Source: Betaproteobacteria bacterium (GTDB taxonomy: Bacteria; Acidobacteriota; Vicinamibacteria; Vicinamibacterales; CAVVIG01). From it: a stretch of DNA of 64,000 bases. The stretch covers positions 624-64,623 of the forward strand of contig JBLMXQ010000090.1 in the NCBI GenBank assembly GCA_050257855.1. Reading direction: 5' to 3'. Made by a program: the position numbers and the translations under genes. Under the pieces are notes generated by a model, which was not told the DNA's origin, searched no databases, and saw nothing but the letters and a program-made list of their open reading frames with translations. Position 1 is the first letter of the stretch. Each line of letters starts with the position of its first letter. Shown here piece after piece: positions 39,145 through 48,605 of the stretch.

Positions 39145-40914
39145 CTAGGCGCGCTCCGGCTCGAACTGCGGCGTGAAGTCCTTCGCGGCGCCCGGCACGC
39201 TGTACTCGTACGGACCGCGGTACACGATCGGCTCGGTCAGGAAGTTGCCGTGCCCGGGCGGCGACGGCGCCGACCACTCGAGCGTCGTCCCTTCCCAGGG
39301 GTTCTCCGCCACCTTCCTGCCCCATTTCAGGCTGGCGAAGAAGTTGACGATGAACGGGATCTGGAAGAGACCGAGGCCCCAGGCCGCGAACCCGATCACG
39401 AGGTTCCACTTCAGCAGATGCTGGTTGTGCGCGTACTGCATGCCGCCGTCGTACATCCGGCGGTTCATGCCGCCCAGCCCCTGGATGAACATCGGCATGA
39501 AGACGAAGTTGATGCAGATGAAGGATCCCCAGAAGTGAATCTTCGCGAGGAGATCGTTCATCCGCCGGCCGGTCGCCTTCGGGAACCAGTAGTAGATGCC
39601 GGCGAAAAGCGCGAAGATCGTCCCGGGCGCCACGACGTAATGGAAGTGCCCGATGACGTAGTAGGTGTCGTGCAGGTGGATGTCCGACGGCGCCAGGCCG
39701 AGCGGCAGCCCCGTGAGCCCGCCGATGCCGAACATCGGCAGGAACGCGAGCGCGAACAGCATCGGCGTCGTGAACCGGATCGACGCGCCCCACAGCGACA
39801 GCAGCAGCGCCGTCAGGATGACGACCGACGGGATCGAGATGATCATCGTCGTCGTCTGGAAGAACGCGCTCATCGCCGTCCCCATGCCGGTCATGAACAT
39901 GTGGTGCGCCCACACGATGAACGACATGAAGCCCAGGAAGATCACCGAGTAGACCATCGCCTTGTAGCCCCACAGCGGCTTGCGGGTGTTGTTGGCGAGG
40001 ACCTCGGCGACGATGCCCATGGCCGGCAGGATGAGCACGTAGACTTCGGGATGCGCGAGGAACCAGAACAGGTGCTGCCAGAGCAGCGGGCTCCCGCCGC
40101 CGCTCACGGCCAGGACCTTGCCGCTGACGACGAGGCCGCTCGGCAGGAAGAAGCTCGTGCCGGCGAGCCGATCCATCAACTGCAGGACGGCGGCGCCCTC
40201 GAGCGGCGGAAACGCCAGCAGCAGCAGGAACGCGGTCACGAGCTGCGCCCACACGAAGAACGGCAGGCGCATGAAGCTCAGGCCCTTCGCCCGCAGCTGC
40301 ACGATGGTGGTGATGAAGTTGATCGAGCCGAGGAGCGACGAGGTGATGAGGAACACCATCCCGAACAGCCAGATGGTCTGTCCCGTCGTGGCGATGTCGG
40401 CGAGCGGCGTATAGGACGTCCAGCCGGACTGCGCGGCGCCGCCGGGGGCGAAGAAGCCCGCCAGCATCGTGACGCCGCCCAGGAAGTACACCCAGTAGCT
40501 CATCATGTTGAGCTTGGGGAACGCCATGTCGGGCGCGCCGATCTGCAGCGGCATGACGAAGTTGCCGAACCCGCCGACCGCCAGCGGCACGACGCCGAGG
40601 AACACCATGATGGTGCCGTGCATCGCGCCCAGCTGGTTGTAGAACTCGGGAAGCATGATGCCGCCGGGCGCCTTGTCGGGCCCGAACCAGCTTCCGATCA
40701 GCGGAATGGGCCGGCCCGGATAGGCCAGCTGCCACCGCATGATCATCATCAGAGTGAAGCCGAAGAGCAGAAAGGTCAGCCCGGTGATCGCGTACTGGAT
40801 GCCGATGACTTTGTGGTCAACGGAAAAAACGTACTTGCGCCAGAACCCCGGCTCTTCGTGAGCATGCGCACGATCGCCATGCCCGACCGTCCCGAACGTG
40901 GCCACCTTGTCCAA
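39145..40914 (-). CDS. coxA: Cytochrome c oxidase subunit I, type A (TTG start assumed)
   Basis: DHKVIG, MHGT, DMAFP, GWTSY, FLAHPEVY, WAHH, HDTYYVIGHFH, RR. Confidence 0.95.
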   Translation of the reverse strand: MDKVATFGTVGHGDRAHAHEEPGFWRKYVFSVDHKVIGIQYAITGLTFLLFGFTLMMIMRWQLAYPGRPIPLIGSWFGPDKAPGGIMLPEFYNQLGAMHGTIMVFLGVVPLAVGGFGNFVMPLQIGAPDMAFPKLNMMSYWVYFLGGVTMLAGFFAPGGAAQSGWTSYTPLADIATTGQTIWLFGMVFLITSSLLGSINFITTIVQLRAKGLSFMRLPFFVWAQLVTAFLLLLAFPPLEGAAVLQLMDRLAGTSFFLPSGLVVSGKVLAVSGGGSPLLWQHLFWFLAHPEVYVLILPAMGIVAEVLANNTRKPLWGYKAMVYSVIFLGFMSFIVWAHHMFMTGMGTAMSAFFQTTTMIISIPSVVILTALLLSLWGASIRFTTPMLFALAFLPMFGIGGLTGLPLGLAPSDIHLHDTYYVIGHFHYVVAPGTIFALFAGIYYWFPKATGRRMNDLLAKIHFWGSFICINFVFMPMFIQGLGGMNRRMYDGGMQYAHNQHLLKWNLVIGFAAWGLGLFQIPFIVNFFASLKWGRKVAENPWEGTTLEWSAPSPPGHGNFLTEPIVYRGPYEYSVPGAAKDFTPQFEPERA

Positions 40915-40971
40915 CGCCGACTCCCTTCCGAGAATCGTCCCCCCGCCGCCGGCACGCCGAATTGTGCGGGC

Positions 40972-41000
40972 ATTGTATGCAGAAGGTCGAGGCGGCGCAA
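40972..41000 (-). promoter_or_regulatory. Putative sigma-70 promoter of the cox operon
   Basis: Minus strand TTGCGC-N17-TACAAT. Confidence 0.55.
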
Positions 41001-41019
41001 GCTTCGTAAGATAACCGGT

Positions 41020-42249
41020 ATGGCTCGTTCGCGCCCCCGCCCGCAGGCCGCAAGACGGTTCGCGCGGCCCGCGACGGCGCTCGTCGTCGGAGGCGCGCTC
41101 CTGCTGCTCGCGCCCGGCGCCGCTCCGGCGCGCGCCAACGCGGCGTCGGCGGCGCTGCGCGCCCGCGCGGCCGAGGAGCTCTACAACCTCGATCGCGATC
41201 TGGCCATCGCGACCTATCGCGAGGCGGTCGCCGCCGACCCGCGCGATCCGGCCGCCTACCGCGGGCTCGCCAGCGCGCTGTGGCTGTCGATCACCTTCCG
41301 CCGCGGCAACATGACGGTCGACGACTACCTCGGACGGGTCACGCGTCCGGCAACGAAGGCGCCGGCGCCGCCGGCCGGCACCGCCGCGGCGTTCCGCGAC
41401 GCCGTCAACCGCGCCGTCGCGCTCGCCGGCGAGCGCATCGACGCCAACCCGCGCGATGCCGAGGCGCACTACGAGCTCGCCGCCGCCAACGGCCTGCGCG
41501 CTTCGTACGCGGCGACCGTCGACGGCAGCGTCCTCGCCGCGTTCCGCGCCGCGCGCGAGGCGTACGACGAGGACGAGAAGGTGCTCGACCTCGATCCGCG
41601 GCGGAAAGATGCCGGGCTGGTCGTCGGCACGTACCGCTACGTCGTCTCGACGCTCTCGCTCCCGGCGCGCTGGATGGCGTACGTCGTCGGGTTCGGCGGC
41701 GGCAGGGAGGCAGGACTGCGTCTGGTCGAGGACGCCGCGTCGTACGACGGCGACAACCAGACCGACGCCCGCTTTGCGCTCGTGCTCCTCTACAACCGCG
41801 AGCGCCGGTACGACGACGCGCTGAAGCAGCTGGCGGTGCTTCGCGATCGCTATCCGCGCAACCGGCTCGTGTGGCTCGAAACGGGATCGACCGACCTCCG
41901 GGCCGGCCGCCCCGTCGCCGCCCTGCGCGCGCTCGAGGACGGCATGGCCCGCTTCGCCGCCGATACGCGGCCGCGGATGTTCGGCGAAGATGCACTCTGG
42001 CACTACAAGCGCGGCGCGGCGCGGGCGGCCGTCGGCCGGACGGCCGATGCGGAACAGGATCTCCGCGCCGCCGTCTCATTGGAGGGACGCGACTGGGTCC
42101 ATGGACGGGCCCATCTCGAGCTCGGAAAGCTCGCGGCGACGGCCGGCAACCGCTCCGCCGCACGCGCCGAATTTCAGCTGGCAATCAGGTTGAGCGAAGC
42201 AGACAATGACCCTCTGACGGCGCAGGAAGCGCGCCGCCTCCTGAAGTAG
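41020..42249 (+). CDS. Exported TPR-repeat protein
   Basis: Signal peptide, YNLD, several TPR-like helical repeats; ATG at 41020. Confidence 0.82.
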   Translation: MARSRPRPQAARRFARPATALVVGGALLLLAPGAAPARANAASAALRARAAEELYNLDRDLAIATYREAVAADPRDPAAYRGLASALWLSITFRRGNMTVDDYLGRVTRPATKAPAPPAGTAAAFRDAVNRAVALAGERIDANPRDAEAHYELAAANGLRASYAATVDGSVLAAFRAAREAYDEDEKVLDLDPRRKDAGLVVGTYRYVVSTLSLPARWMAYVVGFGGGREAGLRLVEDAASYDGDNQTDARFALVLLYNRERRYDDALKQLAVLRDRYPRNRLVWLETGSTDLRAGRPVAALRALEDGMARFAADTRPRMFGEDALWHYKRGAARAAVGRTADAEQDLRAAVSLEGRDWVHGRAHLELGKLAATAGNRSAARAEFQLAIRLSEADNDPLTAQEARRLLK

Positions 42250-42253
42250 GCCG

Positions 42254-42751
42254 ATGCCCAGCGCCAAGAAGACCTGGATCTCCATCGCGCTCGCCGCGGT
42301 CATCATCATCGTCGTTCTCGGACTGGCGGTGATCGGCGCCGGTACCTATGTCGTGTACAGCCACGTGCAGGCGCAGTTCGTCGCCGTCGACACGGCCGCC
42401 TCGGAGTTCGCGCGGGCGCGCGCCCGGTTCGCCGGCCAGACGCCCCTCATCGGGTTCGACCAGGACGACGAGCCGGAGGTGAATCGCCCGCCAGCGTCGG
42501 CGCCACGCCACGGAATCCACGCGCTGCATGTGCTGGCGTACGACGCCAGGAATCACAAGCTGGTGAACGTAGAGGTCCCGGGATGGGTGGTCCGCATGAT
42601 GTCTGCCAGCGGCCACATCCGAATCGCCAACCTGGATCTGAGCGGCGACGCCGGCCGGATCACGCTCGACGACCTCGAGCGACATGGACCCGGGCTCGTC
42701 CTGGATCGGCACACGAGCCGCGGATCCCAGGTGCTCGTCTGGGCGGAGTGA
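42254..42751 (+). CDS. Hypothetical membrane-anchored protein
   Basis: N-terminal TM; starts 4 bp after the TPR stop; TLDDLERHGPGLVLD. Confidence 0.75.
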   Translation: MPSAKKTWISIALAAVIIIVVLGLAVIGAGTYVVYSHVQAQFVAVDTAASEFARARARFAGQTPLIGFDQDDEPEVNRPPASAPRHGIHALHVLAYDARNHKLVNVEVPGWVVRMMSASGHIRIANLDLSGDAGRITLDDLERHGPGLVLDRHTSRGSQVLVWAE

Positions 42752-42816
42752 GAACCCGGCTGAATAAAAAAGTGGACAGTCCCGGCGGTACCGGCGCAGT
42801 TTCCACGGGATTTCGC

Positions 42817-42831
42817 TGGCATACCGCTTGA
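42817..42831 (+). promoter_or_regulatory. Possible sigma-54 promoter (variant -12)
   Basis: TGGCATACCGCTTGA, 34 bp before ATG 42866. Confidence 0.4.
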
Positions 42832-42865
42832 AGCCGTCGAGGGTGCCATGCGCCTTCGAGGGGTT

Positions 42866-43495
42866 ATGCGGACTGCATCGCGCTTCGCGCCGGTCTTCCT
42901 GCTCGCCGCAGCGCTCGTCTCCACGTCGGCCTGTGCGGGCAGCTACTACGACTACGACCGCGGCGCGCGCTACGACGTCGGCCGGCGCGCGTACGAGAAC
43001 GGCTACCGCGAGGGACTGCGCCACGGCGAGAGCGACGCGCGGGACGGCCGCCGCTTCGACGTGCAGCGTCAGGACGACTACCGCGACGCCGACGAAGGTT
43101 ATCGACGCGGGTACGGCGATCGCGACGACTACCAGCGGGCCTACCGTCAAGGCTTCGCGGCCGGCTACGCCGAAGCCTACAACCGCGTCGCGCAGGGAGC
43201 GTACGGATCGCGCTACCCGTCGGCGACGCCCTATCCGCCGTACGCGCCGCCGTCGGCGGCCGGACCGTACGGGGCGTATCGATCGCCGGCATCCGATATC
43301 GGCTACCGCGACGGCTACGAAGCCGGGCGCGACGACGCGCACGACCGCGACCGCTACGATCCGATCGGCGCGAAGCGCTATCGATCAGGCGATCACGGCT
43401 ACAAGCGCGAGTTCGGCCCGCGTGAAGAATACCAGCGCGAGTACCGCGCGGCGTTTCAGCAGGGATACGACAGGGGATACAGGGAGAGGCGGTAA
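42866..43495 (+). CDS. Hypothetical exported/lipoprotein with two Tyr/Arg/Gly-rich repeats
   Basis: GY.DG...G..DA..R.R.D and YQR.YR..F..GY..GY each occur twice; GAGGGG SD. Confidence 0.8.
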   Translation: MRTASRFAPVFLLAAALVSTSACAGSYYDYDRGARYDVGRRAYENGYREGLRHGESDARDGRRFDVQRQDDYRDADEGYRRGYGDRDDYQRAYRQGFAAGYAEAYNRVAQGAYGSRYPSATPYPPYAPPSAAGPYGAYRSPASDIGYRDGYEAGRDDAHDRDRYDPIGAKRYRSGDHGYKREFGPREEYQREYRAAFQQGYDRGYRERR

Positions 43496-43540
43496 TAGTG
43501 AAAGCGAATGTGGTGATGGGGTGATGGTCCGGTGCGCCGT

Positions 43541-44974
43541 TCAGCGTTCTGTCAGTCCGAGGAACCGGCGCACTCTCGCAGCGAAGGAGCCGGGCGGCTC
43601 GGGGGCGGTCGGTTCGACTCCGGCCGTCCGGTGAGCGGCGAGTTCGGCGCGGCGGCTGGCGACGGCGGCGCTGATCCGATCGACCGCCGCCGGATTGGCC
43701 AGCACGAACTCGCGGAAGCCGTCTGCGGCGATCTCCAGCAGCTCGCACGGGCCCGCCGTGGCAACCGTGGCGACGCGCGGCTCGCCGGTCAGAAGCGACA
43801 TCTCGCCGAAGACGTCCCCGGGGCCGAGCTGCGCGAGCGGCGCCGCCGCGCCGGTCACCGACACCAGGAGCGCGCCGCGCTCGACCACGAACATCGACGC
43901 GCCCGGCTCTCCCTGCCGGACGACGACCTCGCCGGCGGCATAGCTCGCCCGCCTGGCCGCGCGCGCGAGCGCGCCGCGCTGCTCGTCGTCGAGCGCGTCG
44001 AACAGCTGCGTCGCGCGCAGCGTCTCGACGATCGCTTCGTGGTCGGAGGCAGCCGGGGCCGCGTCGCGGCGGACGTAGACCTGCGTCGGAAACGGGATGG
44101 TGAGGCCCCGGCGGCGGAACACGTAGTAGATCCGCGTCCGTATCCGATCGCGGACGAGGCTGTCGGCGCCGAAGTCGGTGATCCAGACGCGCACCTTGTA
44201 GTTGATCGAGAAATCCGCGAAGTCGTCGACCAGCACCTCGACGGCATGATCGGGCGCGAGGAGCGGCTCGTCGCGGACCGCCTCGAAGATCGCCGCCCGC
44301 ACGTCGTTCGGCGCATCGTCGTAGCTCGCGCCGATCTGCAGGTCGATCCGCGTGGCGACCGTCGGCTCCGAGTAGTTCGTGATCGTGTCGCGCGCCAGGA
44401 CGCTGTTCGGCACCACGACGAAGTTGCCCGCCTTGGTTCGAATCTTGGTGGCGCGCCAGGTGATCTCGGCGACGCGGCCGTCGACGCCGCCGAGCGTCAC
44501 CCAGTGGCCGACCCGGAACGGCCTCTCGACCTGAATCGCGAGGCCGGCGAAGAAGTTCCCGAGCGTGTCCTGCAGCGCGAAGCCGACGATCACGGCGCCG
44601 ACGGCCGTCGTTGCCAGGATGCGCTCGCGGAGGATGAGCGTGGCCGCAATCGCGAACAGCACGATCAGGATCGTGTCCTGGACGATGTGCGGAAAGTGAT
44701 CCGGCACCCCGTCGGTGCGCCAGGGATTCAGCGCCAGCGCGATCCCGGCGTTGATGACCCCGAACGCGATGGCGAGCGCGATGACGATCGGGATCCAGCC
44801 CCGGAGGGATGCGACCAGCTCGGACGGGAGGGGCGCGTAGGCGGCTGCCGCGGCCGCCGCGGCCGTCGCCGCGAAGACGACGGCCGAGACCGTCAGGCGC
44901 CCGCGCACGTGCCGGTTCACGCACGCGGCCCGCGTCGCGAGCGCCAGGATCAGGAGGACGACCGCCAGGATCAC
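43541..44974 (-). CDS. MscS mechanosensitive channel with C-terminal cNMP-binding domain
   Basis: GFALQDTLGN, PFRVGHWV, WRATKIRT, VPNS, IPFP; FGEMSLLTGEPRVATV. Confidence 0.92.
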   Translation of the reverse strand: MILAVVLLILALATRAACVNRHVRGRLTVSAVVFAATAAAAAAAAYAPLPSELVASLRGWIPIVIALAIAFGVINAGIALALNPWRTDGVPDHFPHIVQDTILIVLFAIAATLILRERILATTAVGAVIVGFALQDTLGNFFAGLAIQVERPFRVGHWVTLGGVDGRVAEITWRATKIRTKAGNFVVVPNSVLARDTITNYSEPTVATRIDLQIGASYDDAPNDVRAAIFEAVRDEPLLAPDHAVEVLVDDFADFSINYKVRVWITDFGADSLVRDRIRTRIYYVFRRRGLTIPFPTQVYVRRDAAPAASDHEAIVETLRATQLFDALDDEQRGALARAARRASYAAGEVVVRQGEPGASMFVVERGALLVSVTGAAAPLAQLGPGDVFGEMSLLTGEPRVATVATAGPCELLEIAADGFREFVLANPAAVDRISAAVASRRAELAAHRTAGVEPTAPEPPGSFAARVRRFLGLTER

Positions 44975-45049
44975 GGTGGCCGATCATAATGCCTTTCGGG
45001 CCGCCCTTCGCGCGCGGCGGTCCGGCCCGGATGCCTGGCGGCCTTCGCC

Positions 45050-45847
45050 TCAGGGGGCTGAGGGCTTCGCGGGTTCGAACTTCTCCAGCGTCTGCGTGAC
45101 GTGCGTAAGGAAGCGCCCGTTCACGGACGTTTCGGTGTCGCGCTTCACGAAGCCGACATCCGGCACGAACCAGCTCGTCTCGTGCCCGGTGACGTGCATC
45201 GGCCCCTGATTCACCGTGAGTGCCATGTCCAGCTCGGTCCCGGAATAACTGCCCGCCGGGACCGTGATCACCCCCCGACGGATCACACGCCGGCGCACCG
45301 ACCATGATCCGTCGGCGGCGCGCCACTGCCAGGCTTCGCCCGGGCGCAGCGACGCGTTCAGGACCTGCTGGGGCGGATCCATGGGAACCTCCTGGCCCCC
45401 CTCGAGGTCGAGGCGCTTGCCGAGCATCAGGCCGCCGGCGGTGAGGCGATACCACTCCGTCAGCCACGGACGGCCCGCGCGGGTCGATTCGATGCGGACG
45501 TAGTCGGCGTCCGCAATCCGGTCCCGTCCCCCGACGGTCGAGATCACGGTGGATTCGACGACGTTGCCGTGGGCGCGGGAGGCATCCTGCTCGGACAAGT
45601 GCACGCCGGGACCGACCTCCTGGCGCTCGTGATAGACCCACTTCGTGCCCGGACTCAGGGGGAATCGCGGCAGTCCCGACGCTGCCGGGCCGCCGGCGCG
45701 GCCAGTCGGCTTGTCCGACCGATCGCGACGGGCGCGGTTGCCGCCAGCGGGCGAAGTCGCGCGAACGGGCGAGATTCCCGCTGCCATTGCGCCCATCAGA
45801 ATCGCGGGAGCGAGCATTCGCAGAGGTGCCGCCACGTGAGCCTCCAT
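45050..45847 (-). CDS. Hypothetical exported protein (start uncertain)
   Basis: FPLSPGTKWVY, ITVPAGSY, WFVPDVGFVK pattern seen in beta-rich secreted proteins. Confidence 0.7.
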   Translation of the reverse strand: MEAHVAAPLRMLAPAILMGAMAAGISPVRATSPAGGNRARRDRSDKPTGRAGGPAASGLPRFPLSPGTKWVYHERQEVGPGVHLSEQDASRAHGNVVESTVISTVGGRDRIADADYVRIESTRAGRPWLTEWYRLTAGGLMLGKRLDLEGGQEVPMDPPQQVLNASLRPGEAWQWRAADGSWSVRRRVIRRGVITVPAGSYSGTELDMALTVNQGPMHVTGHETSWFVPDVGFVKRDTETSVNGRFLTHVTQTLEKFEPAKPSAP

Positions 45848-45950
45848 CGAACCCAGGTGTTTCGACGCGTCGACGGTTTGACACGCGGGGCGCCCGCGCG
45901 TTGCAGCGACCTCGATCACTGCGAACCGGCGGGTGCGGCGCGCCCACCCG

Positions 45951-45985
45951 GAAAACGAAAAGCCCCGGCGGAGGCCGGGGCTGTT
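45951..45985 (-). terminator. Intrinsic terminator of tRNA-Glu
   Basis: Minus strand AGCCCCGGC-CTCC-GCCGGGGCT-TTTCGTTTT. Confidence 0.88.
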
Positions 45986-46008
45986 GTCGAGAGGAGATCT
46001 ATGAGTGA

Positions 46009-46083
46009 TGGTAGCGGTACGGGGATTCGAACCCCGGTCCCGTGGCTGAGAACCACGTGTCCTGACCCCTAGACGATACCGCC
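46009..46083 (-). tRNA. tRNA-Glu, anticodon CTC, CCA encoded
   Basis: GGCGGTATCGTCTAGGGGTCAGGACACGTGGTT-CTC-AGCCACGGGACCGGGGTTCGAATCCCCGTACCGCTACCA folds as a cloverleaf. Confidence 0.96.
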
Positions 46084-46104
46084 ACTCGCCGACAGGAAAC
46101 TCTT

Positions 46105-46133
46105 ATCTTATTGAGACGGGTCGACCGCGTCAA
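46105..46133 (-). promoter_or_regulatory. Sigma-70 promoter of tRNA-Glu
   Basis: Minus strand TTGACG-N17-TAAGAT. Confidence 0.8.
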
Positions 46134-46151
46134 CCGCAGGTATGATGGGCC

Positions 46152-47552
46152 ATGCTCCGGTGGCTCGCTGCGCTCGTTGTCATCGCTCTCGTTGTTCTTG
46201 GCGGCGCGTACCTGATTGCGGGCCGCACGGCGGCGCCGCAGATCAGCATCGACCAGCCCGTCCGCGTCGTCGGGCAGTCCGGCACACTGCAGGTCACCGT
46301 CGAGGCACCGGGCGCGCGCTTCTCGGCGCTCGAGATCGCGGTCGAGCAGAACGGCAGGTCCACTCGCCTGTTCTCCCTCGGCACGGCGCAGCAGGCCACG
46401 CTGACGCAGCCGGACCGCGATCGCATCCGCATCGCGCTCCCGTTCGGGAAGAAGAGCGTGCCGGAGCTGACGGCCGGCACGGCGCGGATCGTCGTCACTG
46501 CGGCGCGGCCCTCGTTCCTGAAACTCCGCACCCTGACGAGCCGGTCGACCAGGGACGTCCAGGTCCTTCTGCAGCCGCCGAGCATCGCCGTCGTCTCGAC
46601 GCATCACTACGTGAACCACGGCGGCTCGGAGATGGTCGTGTACCGCGTGACGCCGCCGGACGTCGCATCGGGCGTGCGCGTCGGCGACATCGAATATCCC
46701 GGCTTCGCGGCGTCCGGCGCCGGCATCACGAGCGACCCGTCGCTGAAGGTGGCCTTCTTCGCCCTGCTGTACGATCAGGACCTGAACACACCGATCGTCG
46801 CCTTCGCCCGCGACGCGGCCGGCAACGAGGCGAAGACGAGCTTCATGGACGATGTGTTCGAGAAGCCGTTCAAGAAGAGCAACATTCAGCTCGACGATCG
46901 GTTCCTCCAGCGCGTCGTACCCGAAATCATCGAGCACACGCCGGAGCTGCGCCTGCAGCCGCCGGCCAACGACCAGGAACTGGTGGCCGATTTCCTCAAG
47001 GAGAACGGCTGGCTGCGGCAGCAGAACGCCGAGACCATCCGCACGATCGCGTCGACGAAGACTGCGCCGACACGCTACTGGTCAGGCCCCTTCGTGCAGC
47101 TCGGCAACTCCAAGGTCGAGGCGGCCTTCGCCGATCACCGGACCTACTTCTACAAGGGCAAGGAGATCGATCAGCAGGTCCACCTCGGCTTCGATCTCGC
47201 AGTGACGAGCCGCGTGCCGGTGGTCGCCGCCAACGACGGAACGGTGCTGCACGCGAGCTGGCTCGGCATCTACGGCAACTGCGTCATCATCGACCACGGG
47301 ATGGGCGTTGCGTCGCTGTACGGTCACCTGTCGTCATTCGACGTCAAGGTGGGCGATCACGTCCGGCGCGGCCAGACCATCGGGCGCAGCGGGATGACCG
47401 GCCTCGCCGGCGGCGATCATCTCCACTTCACGATGCTCGTGAACGGGCGCATGGTGAATCCGGTCGAATGGTGGGACCCGCACTGGGTCGCGGATCGCGT
47501 GGAGCGCAAGCTGCGCGAGGCGGGCGCGACCGTCTCGCCAACAGCGCGGTGA
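46152..47552 (+). CDS. M23-family metallopeptidase
   Basis: HLGFD (HxxxD), YGNCVIIDHG, YGHL, HLHF; N-terminal anchor. Confidence 0.92.
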   Translation: MLRWLAALVVIALVVLGGAYLIAGRTAAPQISIDQPVRVVGQSGTLQVTVEAPGARFSALEIAVEQNGRSTRLFSLGTAQQATLTQPDRDRIRIALPFGKKSVPELTAGTARIVVTAARPSFLKLRTLTSRSTRDVQVLLQPPSIAVVSTHHYVNHGGSEMVVYRVTPPDVASGVRVGDIEYPGFAASGAGITSDPSLKVAFFALLYDQDLNTPIVAFARDAAGNEAKTSFMDDVFEKPFKKSNIQLDDRFLQRVVPEIIEHTPELRLQPPANDQELVADFLKENGWLRQQNAETIRTIASTKTAPTRYWSGPFVQLGNSKVEAAFADHRTYFYKGKEIDQQVHLGFDLAVTSRVPVVAANDGTVLHASWLGIYGNCVIIDHGMGVASLYGHLSSFDVKVGDHVRRGQTIGRSGMTGLAGGDHLHFTMLVNGRMVNPVEWWDPHWVADRVERKLREAGATVSPTAR

Positions 47553-47686
47553 ACTCGCCAACAGCGCAGTGAATATGATACTGATAGCATGCTGATTTGC
47601 CCGGCAACCGGGCGTCGGATCCCGTTTGCTCCGGGTCAGCAATTTGCAGTGCGCGATCAGCAATCGGCACTTCTGAGGAGAGATCA

Positions 47687-48502
47687 ATGCGTCTACGACA
47701 GGTTTGGGTCAGCGCGCTGGGCCTGACGCTCGCGGCCACGATGGTGGCGTGCGGCGGCGGCAGCAAAGAAGCATCGAGCACTTCGGCCGAGTCGTCCTCG
47801 CCGTCGGCCGCGCCGGCCGGCAAGAAGGTCGATGCGGCAACGGCCGGCGAGCTGACGGGCACCGTCACGCTCGAGGGCACGCCGCCCAAGAACGAGCTCA
47901 TCAAGATGAACGCCGATCCGGTCTGCATGCGCGAGAACAAGACGCCGCAGTTCCAGGAGACCTACATCGTCGGCGACAACGGCAAGACGCTCGCGAACGT
48001 CTTCGTCTACGTGAAGGACGGGCTCGGCGACTACGTGTTCGACACGCCGACCCAGCCGGCGACGATCGACCAGAAGGACTGCCGGTACCATCCGCACGTG
48101 TTCGGGATCCGCGTGGGCCAGCCGCTCGAGATCATCAACGACGATCCGACGCTTCACAACATCCACGCGATGCCGAAGCTGAACCAGGAATTCAACAACG
48201 GCCAGCCCATCCAGGGGATGAAGACGACCCACACCTTCACGCAGAAGGAAGTGATGGTCCCGTTCAAGTGCGACGTGCACGGCTGGATGAACGCCTACGT
48301 CGGCGTCGTGGACAATCCGTACTTCGCCGTCACCGACAAGGACGGCAAGTTCGACCTGAAGACGCTGCCGCCCGGGACCTACACGATCGAGGCGTGGCAC
48401 GAGAAGCTCGGCACGATGACGCAGAGCGTCACGATCGGTCCGAAGGAAACCAAGGACATCTCGTTCGCGTTCAAGGTCGGGGCCACCTCGGCCACGAATT
48501 AG
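47687..48502 (+). CDS. Lipoprotein with cupredoxin-like core and carboxypeptidase-regulatory-like domain
   Basis: Lipobox VAC; DQKDC.Y.PH, NDD..LHN.H, KCDVHGWM, PPGTYTIEAWHE; GAGGAG SD. Confidence 0.82.
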   Translation: MRLRQVWVSALGLTLAATMVACGGGSKEASSTSAESSSPSAAPAGKKVDAATAGELTGTVTLEGTPPKNELIKMNADPVCMRENKTPQFQETYIVGDNGKTLANVFVYVKDGLGDYVFDTPTQPATIDQKDCRYHPHVFGIRVGQPLEIINDDPTLHNIHAMPKLNQEFNNGQPIQGMKTTHTFTQKEVMVPFKCDVHGWMNAYVGVVDNPYFAVTDKDGKFDLKTLPPGTYTIEAWHEKLGTMTQSVTIGPKETKDISFAFKVGATSATN

Positions 48503-48504
48503 GC

Positions 48505-48585
48505 AATCGGTAGGGATCAGACCATCGGTAGGGGACGGTCTCAACACGATAATCGGTAGGGGACGGTCTTAAGACCGTCCCCTAC
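48505..48585. repeat. GTAG REP cluster: two truncated copies and one perfect 30-bp palindrome
   Basis: ATCGGTAGGG three times; GTAGGGGACGGTCTTAAGACCGTCCCCTAC at 48556-48585. Confidence 0.88.
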
Positions 48586-48605
48586 AGAAGTCCCGCCCGG
48601 GAATC

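Noticed and set aside
39136-45947. Very long ORFs of 1037, 952 and 1027 aa
   Set aside because: High-GC run-through frames; the real genes are coxA (from about 40914), the TPR gene (from 41020) and mscS; the extensions are antisense shadows
45050-46083. Genomic island integrated at tRNA-Glu
   Set aside because: No integrase and no duplicated tRNA 3' end found by eye; the tRNA terminator is intact
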